Part shown: in pieces, positions 44,806 through 52,095 of the stretch
Numbering within the stretch: position 1 is the stretch's first letter
Layout: each line of letters begins with the position of its first letter
Assembly: GCA_964617995.1 (NCBI GenBank)
Contig: CAZTXD010000003.1
Coordinates: 18,470-70,564 of the forward strand
Source: an uncultured Acidimicrobiaceae bacterium
GTDB lineage: Bacteria > Actinomycetota > Acidimicrobiia > Spongiisociales > ZC4RG35
Length of the DNA stretch: 52,095 bases
Direction: 5' to 3'
Translations under genes and position numbers: made by a program
Notes under the pieces: generated by a model
Seen by the model: the letters and a program-made list of their open reading frames with translations, nothing else
Told to the model about the DNA's origin: nothing
The model's database searches: none

Positions 44806-44837
44806 GCGCAAACGGTGCGCTGGACGCACCGTTTCGC
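44806..44837. terminator. GC-rich hairpin between convergent genes (candidate tail-less bidirectional terminator)
   Basis: GCGCAAACGGTGCG-CTGGA-CGCACCGTTTCGC forms a 10-bp perfect stem plus 3 bp beyond a one-base bulge. It is flanked by GGTTTTT (44795-44801) and AAAAAACC (44842-49). No U-tract follows it on either strand. Confidence 0.35.
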
Positions 44838-44848
44838 TGATAAAAAAC

Positions 44849-45481
44849 CTATTTGGTGCCGTAGAGGCGGTCGCCGGCGTCTCCCAGACCGGGAACGATG
44901 TAGCCGTGGTCGTTGAGATGGGAGTCGACGGCGGCGGTGAGGATGTGGACGTCGGGATGGTGCTCGGCCAGGTACTCGATCCCTTCGGGAGCCGCCAGCA
45001 GACACATGAGACGAACGGAACGGGGGCCGACCGCCTTGATGCGGTCGAGGGCGGCGGCGGCGGAGTGACCGGTGGCCAGCATCGGGTCGACGACGATGAC
45101 GTCCCGGTCGGCCATCTCCTCGGGCACCTTGAAGTAGTACTCCACCGCTTCCAGGGTCTCGGGATCCCGGTAGAGGCCGACATGACCCACCCGGGCCGAG
45201 GGAACGAGATCGAGGATCCCCTCCAGGAGACCGTTGCCGGCGCGCAGGATCGAGATGGCCACCAGCTTCTTGCCTTCGATGACGGGGGCGTTCATCGGGG
45301 CCATGGGCGTCTCGATGAGCTCTGTGTGCACGGGGAGATCCCGGGTCGCCTCATAGGTCATGAGGCCGGCGATCTCGCGAAGAAGGCGACGAAAGTCGGA
45401 CGAGGCCGTTTCCTTGCGCCTCATCAGCGTCAGCTTGTGCTGAATGAGCGGATGGTCGAGGACTGTGACGTTGTCTGCCAT
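44849..45481 (-). CDS. upp: Uracil phosphoribosyltransferase
   Basis: [20 protein letters not shown] and [12 protein letters not shown] (PRPP motif) are present in the 210-aa product. Confidence 0.93.
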   Translation of the reverse strand: MADNVTVLDHPLIQHKLTLMRRKETASSDFRRLLREIAGLMTYEATRDLPVHTELIETPMAPMNAPVIEGKKLVAISILRAGNGLLEGILDLVPSARVGHVGLYRDPETLEAVEYYFKVPEEMADRDVIVVDPMLATGHSAAAALDRIKAVGPRSVRLMCLLAAPEGIEYLAEHHPDVHILTAAVDSHLNDHGYIVPGLGDAGDRLYGTK

Positions 45482-45510
45482 GAAGCTCCTACCCTGCGGA
45501 CTGACGAATC

Positions 45511-45987
45511 ATGGCCGGTCGAGTTCACCAGATCAACGTGTCCAACGGGGGCGTACCCAAATTGCCCGTGGCGGAGGCCGTGGTCGCCGTCTCCGGAGTG
45601 TCCGGCGACGACCAGGCCGACAAGGTCCACCACGGCGGCCCCGACCAGGCGGTGTGCCTGTTCTCCGTCGACGTCATCGAGAGGCTCCGCCGGGAAGGCC
45701 ACCCGATCTTCCCGGGCGCGGCCGGGGAGAACCTGACGCTCGCCGGCGTCGACTGGGACCTCGTGAGACCCGGTGCCCGGTTACGGGTCGGCGAGGCCCT
45801 GCTCGAGATCACCTTCCCCGCTGCTCCCTGCTCCAAGAACGCCCGGTGGTTCCTGAACGGACGGTTCAACCGGATGAACGACCGCAAGCACCCGGGATGG
45901 AGCCGGATGTATGCCCGTGTCCTCACCGAAGGCCGGGTGAGCACCGGCGACCCGGTACAGCTGATATCGACCGAGGAGGAGACGTGA
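45511..45987 (+). CDS. MOSC domain-containing protein
   Basis: HHGGPDQAVCLFS, PGAAGENLTL.G and a conserved Cys in PAAPCSK are present. Confidence 0.8.
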   Translation: MAGRVHQINVSNGGVPKLPVAEAVVAVSGVSGDDQADKVHHGGPDQAVCLFSVDVIERLRREGHPIFPGAAGENLTLAGVDWDLVRPGARLRVGEALLEITFPAAPCSKNARWFLNGRFNRMNDRKHPGWSRMYARVLTEGRVSTGDPVQLISTEEET

Positions 45988-46349
45988 CCCCCATCGCCCG
46001 TTTCGCCCTGGTGGCGATCGACACCGACGACACCGAGTCCCTCTCCCGCTTCTACGCCGACCTGACCGGATGGCGGATCGAGCCATACGACGACACCAGC
46101 TGGATCCAGCTCGTCTCCGACTCGGGCGCCACCATCGCCTTCCAGGAGGTGAACGACCATGCCCCGCCGGAGTGGCCCGGCAGCGCCCACCCGCAGCAGC
46201 TGCACCTCGACTTCGACGTCGACGACCTCGACGTCGGGGAGGAATCGGTCCTCGCTCTGGGCGCCCGCAAGGCCGAGTACCAGCCCGGCACGACCTTCCG
46301 GGTGTTCCTGGACCCGTCGGGCCACCCGTTCTGCCTGGTACAGGCGTGA
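45984..46349 (+). CDS. VOC/glyoxalase-family protein
   Basis: GTGA overlap with the upstream gene. FALVAIDTDD...FYADLTGW, LHLDFDVDDLD and the C-terminal DPSGHPFCL are present. Confidence 0.75.
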   Translation: MTPIARFALVAIDTDDTESLSRFYADLTGWRIEPYDDTSWIQLVSDSGATIAFQEVNDHAPPEWPGSAHPQQLHLDFDVDDLDVGEESVLALGARKAEYQPGTTFRVFLDPSGHPFCLVQA

Positions 46350-46918
46350 GCGACCCGACGTCGACTCCTCCCACCGAACCACCTCCCCGGGGAACGAAGC
46401 GGGCTCCGTCGCTGGTGCTGGTCAACACGGGAGACGGCAAGGGAAAGTCGACGGCCGCCTTCGGCACCATGATGCGGGCGGTGGCCCGGGGATGGCGGGT
46501 GGCGGTGGTGCAGTTCCTCAAGTCGGGGGAATGGTCGGTCGGCGAGGAGGAGGTCGCCCGCCGGCTCGGTGTGGACTGGTTCACCCTCGGTGACGGTTTC
46601 ACCTGGGACTCCGACGACATGGAGGAATCCGAGGCGATCGCCGTCGCCGCCTGGGCCAGCGCCGTCGACATCATCGCCGCCGGCGAACATCGCCTCGTGG
46701 TCCTCGACGAGATCACCTACCCGATGAACTGGGGGTGGGTTCCGATCGCCGAGGTGGTGGCGACGATCCGGAGCCGGCCCGACGACGTCACCGTCATCTG
46801 CACCGGCCGCGACGCCCCCTCCGAGCTGGTCGATGTCGCCGACACCGTCACCGAGATGCGCAAGGTCAAGCACGCCTACGACCAGGGCATCATGGCCCGC
46901 CGGGGCATCGACTACTGA
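46346..46918 (+). CDS. cobO: Cob(I)yrinic acid a,c-diamide adenosyltransferase (CobO/BtuR type)
   Basis: GTGA overlap with the upstream gene. NTGDGKGKSTAAFG (P-loop), VVQFLK, LDEITY and TEMRKVKHAYDQG...RGIDY are present. Confidence 0.88.
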   Translation: MSDPTSTPPTEPPPRGTKRAPSLVLVNTGDGKGKSTAAFGTMMRAVARGWRVAVVQFLKSGEWSVGEEEVARRLGVDWFTLGDGFTWDSDDMEESEAIAVAAWASAVDIIAAGEHRLVVLDEITYPMNWGWVPIAEVVATIRSRPDDVTVICTGRDAPSELVDVADTVTEMRKVKHAYDQGIMARRGIDY

Positions 46919-46930
46919 CCACCCTCATCT

Positions 46931-46983
46931 CCTTTTCGCGCATCGAATGCGCGCTATAGCGCGCATTCGATGCGCGAAAACGG
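46931..46983. repeat. REP-like nested palindrome, copy C
   Basis: CCTTTTCGCGCATCGAATGCGCGCTATAGCGCGCATTCGATGCGCGAAAACGG lies 12 nt after the cobO stop. Its centre is TATA, which makes the core a perfect palindrome. Confidence 0.9.
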
Positions 46984-47013
46984 GTTCTCGCTCCCCGTGG
47001 GGTCATGCGAGCC

Positions 47014-47787
47014 CTAGCGCTCCGTCACGTCGAGCACGGCGATGAAGTGCTCCCCGGCCTCGCCTCCCGGAACGAGCAGATCCCGTCTCTCCCGAAGCAG
47101 CTCGACGAGGCGATCGTCGCAGTCCGACTCCACCGCGTCCCGTGTCCCCGCCTCCAGCGGGGGCGCATCGGGGAGGAGGGAGGCCGCCACGCCCCGGTCG
47201 AGAGCTTCGACCGTGGCCTGATCCACGACGACCCGATCCACGTCCTTCGCCTGCTCGGCAGTGTCGATGACCCGCGTGAGGCTGTCCGTCGGGACCTCCA
47301 CCACTATCAGGTCGGGCAGCGAAGCGAGGTCCACCGACGGCAGCGGCGCAGCCGGATCACCGCCGAAGCCCGATGATGCCTCTTCCAGCTCGGAGCCGGA
47401 GAGGACGACCGCGGAATGAACGCCCTCGCTCCGTTCCAGACTTTCCATGAGCTCGCCCACAGCCGCCGGATCGGCATCCACCGCCATCGACACAGCGAAG
47501 CGGGATATCCCGCGGTGGTGATCGACGTATGCCTGCAGCCATCGATCGAGTGGGGCAACAAACAGTGCCTCAGATCGGGCCCGATCGCCGAGCTGGTCGA
47601 GGAAGTGCTGAATGTCGGCCACCATGGCATCGGCTATCGCTTCACAGGTCTCCTCCACCTGCGTATCGGAGGAGACCGGCGCCACCTCGGCAGCCTCACC
47701 GCAGGCCATGAACAGGCAGACGCAGACGAGAGCCAACGACGTTCGGCGTCGCAGTCCACAACGGCGAATGTGTGTCACCCGAGTCAC
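47014..47787 (-). CDS. Hypothetical acidic lipoprotein
   Basis: The lipobox is LFMAC, after a basic N-terminus (VTRVTHIRRCGLRRRTSLALVCVC). The start is GTG at 47787 or 47778. The upstream part of the 356-aa track ORF is Pro/Arg-rich and unlikely to be coding. Confidence 0.5.
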   Translation of the reverse strand: MTRVTHIRRCGLRRRTSLALVCVCLFMACGEAAEVAPVSSDTQVEETCEAIADAMVADIQHFLDQLGDRARSEALFVAPLDRWLQAYVDHHRGISRFAVSMAVDADPAAVGELMESLERSEGVHSAVVLSGSELEEASSGFGGDPAAPLPSVDLASLPDLIVVEVPTDSLTRVIDTAEQAKDVDRVVVDQATVEALDRGVAASLLPDAPPLEAGTRDAVESDCDDRLVELLRERRDLLVPGGEAGEHFIAVLDVTER

Positions 47788-47948
47788 GCTCGGGCGGCAT
47801 CCTATGAGGATCGAAGGAAACGGCACCACTGAACGACGCCCTCGCTGGGTGAGGAGACGGTATCGGGGGTTCAGCATTGCCGGTGCCGTCACCGTCGGTC
47901 TGATCGACCGACGAGGCGACTTCACGACCGGCATACACTCGACCGCCG

Positions 47949-49604
47949 ATGACAGCGGTGGCGCCACTCCGGATACGTCGCTTTCGCGGCCTGTGGGTGA
48001 CGTCCCTCTTCTCCAACCTGGGCTCGTTCTTCTATGTGGTGGCGGCGTCATGGCTGATGCTGGAGCTGACGGGCTCGGCGACATGGGTCGGGCTCATGCA
48101 GGCCGCCAACACGCTGCCGCTTCTCTTCCTGGCTCTGGCCGCGGGCGCGATAGCCGACATGAGCGACCGCGCCCGGGTCATGCTGGCGTCTCAGATCCTC
48201 ATGGGTAGTGCCGCCGCCGTCATGGCGGTGGTGACGCTCCTCGACGCCATGACCCCCCCGCTCCTGCTCGGGCTCGGGCTGGTCATCGGCGTCGGCGTGG
48301 CCTTCAACCTGCCCGCGTGGCAGGCGATCGTTCCCAGCCTGGTGCCCCGGGGCATGCTGGCCTCGGCCGTGGCGTTGAACTCGGCCGGGTTCAACGTCGC
48401 CCGGGCGGTGGGACCGGCCCTGGCGGGTCTGGTGGTGGCGACCGCCGGGGCGGCGGTGGCGTTCGGTATCAACGCCGTGTCGTTCCTGGGCGTGATCGTG
48501 GCGATCGTCCTCATCGGTCGCAGACTCGACCTGCCCGCCCCCGAGTCGGCGTCCATAGCCTCCGCCATCGGCCTCGGGATCAGGTTCGCGCGCTTCACGC
48601 CCGCGTTCCGACGGCTCCTCGGCCTGCTGGCACTCTTCGCCATCACCACCGCGGTGGTGCAGAGCGCCCTCCCCTCGCGAACGGAGGAGCTGGGCGGCGG
48701 GGCGGGAACCTACGGATTCCTGCTGGGAGCCATGGGTGTGGGAGCGCTGGTGGCCGCTTTCACCCGCCAGCACGTCATGGAACGATTGGGAGGCCGCGCC
48801 ACTTCGTCGACGATCATCACCTTCGGGCTGGCAGGAATCGCGCTGGGGACCGTCGACACCGTGGTGGTGGTGGGAGTAGGCCTGGCGATAGCCGGTGCGT
48901 GCTGGGTCCTGACTCTCGTGACGTTGAACGCCACCACCCAGACGATCAGCCCTGAGTGGATCCGGGGCCGCGCCATGAGCCTCTACACGCTGGCCTTCAC
49001 GGGGATCCTCCCGCTGGGGTCCATTCTCGGTGGGGCGCTGGCCGACCTGGTGGGAGCTGGGGCAGCCATCGCCCTTCTGTCGGTCGGAACCGTCCTGCTG
49101 GGAGCAGCCGCGCCCTGGTTCCGGGTTCCCCCGCTCGACGAGGTGATCGCCCCCGAGTTCAGCGAGGACCACGGGCTCGCCGACCATCCCGAAGCCGTCG
49201 ACGGGGGCCCGGTGATGGTGGTCAGCACCTGGACCATCGACCAGGGCGACTACGAGGAGTTCGTGGGCCTGATGCGGAAGCTGCGCCTCGTGCGTCTCTC
49301 GACCGGTGCCTACCGGTGGCGCCTCTACCGGAACGTGGGACGGCCGGAGCGGTTCACGGAAGTATTCGTCGTCCAGTCGTGGACCGAGCACCTGGCCCAG
49401 CACAGGAGGATCGACGACGCTTCCCGTGCTCTCATCCGGCGGGCGCGGGACTTCGACCGCGGCGACGGTCCCCGCACCAGCCATCTCCTGGCAGTCGACA
49501 TGACCCACCCCGCCGACTGGGAGGAGCTGGTCGCCGCTCATGAGGAGATGCATCGCGTAGATGGCTCCATTCCCCTCGCCCCGGGAGACGATCGGACGGG
49601 CTGA
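47949..49604 (+). CDS. MFS transporter (EntS/MFS_3-like) with a ~140-aa cytoplasmic C-terminal extension
   Basis: A 12-TM-like profile begins FRGLWVTSLFSNLGSFFYVVAASWLM and includes AGAIADMSDR. The soluble tail is VMVVSTWTIDQGDYEEFVGLMRKLR...FVVQSWTEHLAQHRR. Confidence 0.8.
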   Translation: MTAVAPLRIRRFRGLWVTSLFSNLGSFFYVVAASWLMLELTGSATWVGLMQAANTLPLLFLALAAGAIADMSDRARVMLASQILMGSAAAVMAVVTLLDAMTPPLLLGLGLVIGVGVAFNLPAWQAIVPSLVPRGMLASAVALNSAGFNVARAVGPALAGLVVATAGAAVAFGINAVSFLGVIVAIVLIGRRLDLPAPESASIASAIGLGIRFARFTPAFRRLLGLLALFAITTAVVQSALPSRTEELGGGAGTYGFLLGAMGVGALVAAFTRQHVMERLGGRATSSTIITFGLAGIALGTVDTVVVVGVGLAIAGACWVLTLVTLNATTQTISPEWIRGRAMSLYTLAFTGILPLGSILGGALADLVGAGAAIALLSVGTVLLGAAAPWFRVPPLDEVIAPEFSEDHGLADHPEAVDGGPVMVVSTWTIDQGDYEEFVGLMRKLRLVRLSTGAYRWRLYRNVGRPERFTEVFVVQSWTEHLAQHRRIDDASRALIRRARDFDRGDGPRTSHLLAVDMTHPADWEELVAAHEEMHRVDGSIPLAPGDDRTG

Positions 49605-49636
49605 CGGCTTTCGACACCGTTGGTCGGGTACCTTCG

Positions 49637-50404
49637 GTGGATGGATCACCTCTCCGGGGGCTACCGGTGAACGCAAGCAGCAGCCATCTGCGCGCCGAGT
49701 TGCAGGCACGAACCGGGATCGACTTCGCCGACTATGCCGACGACGAGCTGGTCGACGCCGTCACCGGTTGGTCGGGTCTGGTCGGCCTGGTCGGGGATCT
49801 GCTGATCGCAGCCGGGACCGGTCTCGCTGTGCTGGTGTCCCTGTCGCTCGCCGCCGCTCTGGGCGAGTGGTCGCCGGAGGAGCGCATCGCCCTTGTGGCC
49901 ACCGGTGCCACGCTGGGGCTGGGAACCGCCGCACTCCTGCTGGTACGGCGGGTACGCCGGCGCACCCCCCGCGAGACCACCAGGGCGTTCGACCTGGCGG
50001 GGAGAATGGCCGGACGAGTCGCCTCCGACATCGAATCCGGAAGGTTGAAAGTGGGCGTCGGTGACGCCGCCCGGGGCCTGGTGATCGTGGCCGCTCTGCC
50101 CACGATGACGAGAGTTGCCCGCCGTCGGTTCCCCCTGGTGGGTCTTCTCGTCGCTCCCGTCACGACGGCTCTCGTGACCCGGATCCTGACCCGGGCCTGG
50201 CCACCAGGAGCCGCCGGCACGCCACCCGACTCGGTCGCGGCCACCGCCCGCCGGATCGAGTTCACCCTCGACTCTGCCCGCGACACGGTGGTCTCGAGAC
50301 TGGAGGCGGCTGTGCGCTGGGCGACGCTACCTCTCCTCGCCGGCGGCGTCACCCTGATCCTCGTCGGTGCCACCATCGCCCTCATCTCGCTGATGGGACC
50401 GTGA
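49637..50404 (+). CDS. Hypothetical multi-pass membrane protein
   Basis: The ORF has 4-5 hydrophobic segments, and its stop overlaps the sigma-factor start (GTGA). The start codon is uncertain. Confidence 0.45.
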   Translation: MDGSPLRGLPVNASSSHLRAELQARTGIDFADYADDELVDAVTGWSGLVGLVGDLLIAAGTGLAVLVSLSLAAALGEWSPEERIALVATGATLGLGTAALLLVRRVRRRTPRETTRAFDLAGRMAGRVASDIESGRLKVGVGDAARGLVIVAALPTMTRVARRRFPLVGLLVAPVTTALVTRILTRAWPPGAAGTPPDSVAATARRIEFTLDSARDTVVSRLEAAVRWATLPLLAGGVTLILVGATIALISLMGP

Positions 50405-50958
50405 GTGCAACAGCAGCGGGTGACCGGGGGTTCTATATGGTGATGGACGACCTCTGCCTGCGGCTTGCCTCCGACCTCGACGCTGCCTTCCCCGATCTCG
50501 TCGACCACCTGTCGACCGACGTCTTCTCCGGCCTGAGACGGCTGACAGGAGCCGACGAGGCCGAGGACCTGACCCAGGAGACGTTCATCAGGGCCTACCG
50601 GGCCCTGAGCGGCTACGACGCCGACCGCATCCGGGAGCTCCGGCTGCGGGGCTGGGTGTGGACGATCGCCCTCAACCTGGGCCGCAACCACATCCGCGAT
50701 CGGTCCCGCCGTCCCACTCCGGTGGAGCTAGAGGACCGCTTCGCTTCCGAGGACCCGGAACCGGCCGATGCCGCTGCCTGGGACCGGAGGCTGGCCGTGC
50801 TCCCGATAGCGCAGCGACGCGCCGTGGTACTGCGGCACGTCGTCGGACTCGACTACGAGGAGATCTCCGAAGCGATGCGCCGCCCGGAGACGACGGTCAG
50901 GAGCGACGTCCATCGTGGCCTGGAGAAGCTGAGACGAGTGATGGAGACAGAACAATGA
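50401..50958 (+). CDS. ECF-type RNA polymerase sigma factor
   Basis: Region 2 reads DLTQETFIRAYRAL...GWVWTIALNLGRNHIR. Region 4 reads LPIAQRRAVVLRHVVGLDYEEISEAMRRPETTVRSDVHRG. An alternative start is ATG 50437. Confidence 0.88.
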   Translation: MSATAAGDRGFYMVMDDLCLRLASDLDAAFPDLVDHLSTDVFSGLRRLTGADEAEDLTQETFIRAYRALSGYDADRIRELRLRGWVWTIALNLGRNHIRDRSRRPTPVELEDRFASEDPEPADAAAWDRRLAVLPIAQRRAVVLRHVVGLDYEEISEAMRRPETTVRSDVHRGLEKLRRVMETEQ

Positions 50959-51692
50959 CGAGCGAAATCGAAACCGGGTTGAGCAATCTGCGCTCCGCCG
51001 CCCCTGCAGGCACCGCCACTTCCGTTGCCCTGGGGGTGGGGATCGTGGCCGGCTTCAGCGTCCATGACGCCCCCGTGGGACGGGTGGGGGTGGTGTTCAC
51101 CCCGGCCGGAGTCCGGGAGGTGAGGCTCATCGACGAGGTCGACGATGCCGCCGTGGAGGCCAGGCCGCCGAGAGAGTGGGCGAGTCGCATCCCCCGGGCC
51201 CTGGAGGAAGGACGACCCGGCGACCTGCCGCTCGACCTCACCGACGTGTCCTCGTTCCGCCGCACGGTCCTGGAGCAGGCGGCCACCATCCCCCGGGGAG
51301 AGGTCCGGTCCTACGGCTGGCTCGCCCGGCACATCGGCAAGCCGGGGGCGTCACGGGCCGTGGGCTCGGCTATGGCCACCAACCCGGTGCCCCTCATCAT
51401 CCCCTGTCACAGGGTCGTGCGATCGGATGGTCGGATCGGCGCCTACTCACTGGGAGGGCCGGAGAACAAGTGGACGTTGCTCCGCCACGAGGGCGCCCAG
51501 CCGGAGCGCCTGGAGGATCTGGCGAGCTCGGGCGTCCGCTATCTGGGTTCGAACACGACCGGGATCTTCTGCGTGCCCTCGTGTCACGCCGCCCGCCGCA
51601 TCGAAGCCGATCACCTGGCCATGTTCCGGTCGGACGCCGAAGCAGCCGCCGCCGGGTTCCGGCCCTGCCGGATCTGCCGACCCCTGGGATGA
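50955..51692 (+). CDS. O6-alkylguanine-DNA alkyltransferase (Ogt/MGMT) fused to a C-terminal Ada-type Zn(Cys)4 domain, with no HTH
   Basis: ATGA overlap with the sigma gene. The AGT core has FRRTVLEQAATIPRGEVRSYGWLA....RAVGSAMATNPVPLIIPCHRVV. The C-terminal 50 aa read TTGIFCVPSCHAARRI.....F.S..EAAAAGFRPCRICRP, giving a C-x3-C ... C-x2-C pattern. Confidence 0.85.
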   Translation: MTSEIETGLSNLRSAAPAGTATSVALGVGIVAGFSVHDAPVGRVGVVFTPAGVREVRLIDEVDDAAVEARPPREWASRIPRALEEGRPGDLPLDLTDVSSFRRTVLEQAATIPRGEVRSYGWLARHIGKPGASRAVGSAMATNPVPLIIPCHRVVRSDGRIGAYSLGGPENKWTLLRHEGAQPERLEDLASSGVRYLGSNTTGIFCVPSCHAARRIEADHLAMFRSDAEAAAAGFRPCRICRPLG

Positions 51693-51703
51693 TCCGGACG
51701 TGG

Positions 51704-51735
51704 GACGGGCCCGCCCCCGATGGGGCGGGCCCGTC
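51704..51735. terminator. Perfect 14-bp GC hairpin between convergent genes
   Basis: GACGGGCCCGCCCC-CGAT-GGGGCGGGCCCGTC lies between the stops at 51692 (+) and 51737 (-). There is no U-tract. Confidence 0.55.
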
Positions 51736-51736
51736 G

Positions 51737-51880
51737 TCATCGTGACCTCCGGGGTTTGTCCCGGGGAGGTCTTCGGTAGCGGTCTCTGTCGTTCTTCCTT
51801 CGGACCGGCCTCTCGGCCTCAGGCCGGTGGTATCGGGCCCGACGGACGGCGTCGACCGCGCGGTATGAGGTATGCACCAT
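51737..51880 (-). CDS. Possible 47-aa highly basic small protein
   Basis: ATG 51880 lies 6 nt after GAAGGAG. The product is MVHTSYRAVDAVRRARYHRPEAERPVRRKNDRDRYRRPPRDKPRRSR. Arg-rich ORFs also arise by chance in GC-rich DNA. Confidence 0.3.
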   Translation of the reverse strand: MVHTSYRAVDAVRRARYHRPEAERPVRRKNDRDRYRRPPRDKPRRSR

Positions 51881-51969
51881 GGCATGCTCCTTCACTGCAG
51901 GGCGCGTCGGAGATGACGGCCCGGGGTCGGATGACTCGCGCGGAGTCGATTGACGGGCGTTTCGCTCCG

Positions 51970-52026
51970 TCAGCCGGCGAGGATGCCGGCGGCGGAGGGA
52001 ACGCCGTTGCTGATGAACATCGTCAC
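51970..52026 (-). CDS. Possible 18-aa hydrophobic peptide
   Basis: GTG 52026 lies 9 nt after GGAAGGAG (52036-52043). The product is (M)TMFISNGVPSAAGILAG, followed by a stop. Confidence 0.22.
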   Translation of the reverse strand: MTMFISNGVPSAAGILAG

Positions 52027-52056
52027 CTTTGGGTTCTCCTTCCGTCGGGAGCCGAC

Positions 52057-52085
52057 AACTTACGCTGCCCCAGCCGGACTGTCCA
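52057..52085 (-). promoter_or_regulatory. Sigma-A-like promoter driving the small-ORF unit
   Basis: On the minus strand, TGGACA (52085-52080) is followed by a 17-nt spacer and TAAGTT (52062-52057). The SD and GTG lie about 15-30 nt downstream. Confidence 0.4.
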
Positions 52086-52095
52086 GCCATTTAGC

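Noticed and set aside
1-52095. tRNA, rRNA, tmRNA, prophage, integrase, toxin-antitoxin or known defence-system genes.
   Set aside because: Every intergenic region longer than ~90 nt was read, and none shows tRNA-like T-arm or acceptor features. No ORF shows recombinase, nuclease-helicase or other defence hallmarks. This was a check by eye only. tRNAscan, Infernal and defence-HMM scans would be the formal test.

Overview
This is a GC-rich chromosomal segment that looks actinobacterial, possibly Acidimicrobiia-like; that placement rests on gene content and style only, since no search was run. I call about 55 protein genes, tightly packed, and many are joined by ATGA or GTGA stop/start overlaps. 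The content is mostly core metabolism and envelope functions: a DrrAB-like ABC-2 exporter, hutU and hutF, dus, maf, two tandem S41 lipoprotein peptidases, msrA, glgX and glgC, a PaoABC-like molybdoenzyme, a thiolase, upp, cobO and two ECF sigma factors. I found no rRNA, tRNA, CRISPR array, transposase, integrase or prophage genes, so there is no obvious mobile or defence island. The long Arg/Gly/Pro-rich ORFs antisense to recognisable genes are high-GC artefacts. Five observations deserve a second look. (1) An ECF sigma factor is translationally coupled to an O6-alkylguanine alkyltransferase carrying a C-terminal Ada-type Zn(Cys)4 module and no HTH (50.4-51.7 kb). (2) A LigC-type DNA ligase abuts a four-gene ABC cassette with zero spacing, and a LigD-type primase-polymerase converges on the far end (31.4-36.9 kb). 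(3) A roughly 50-58 nt nested palindrome occurs three times, twice bracketing hutU. (4) A perfect 14-bp palindrome sits in the spacer of a promoter that appears to give a leaderless transcript. (5) A compact promoter-to-hairpin unit at the right edge encodes two tiny ORFs. All functional calls come from reading motifs by eye. Novelty cannot be judged without database searches.
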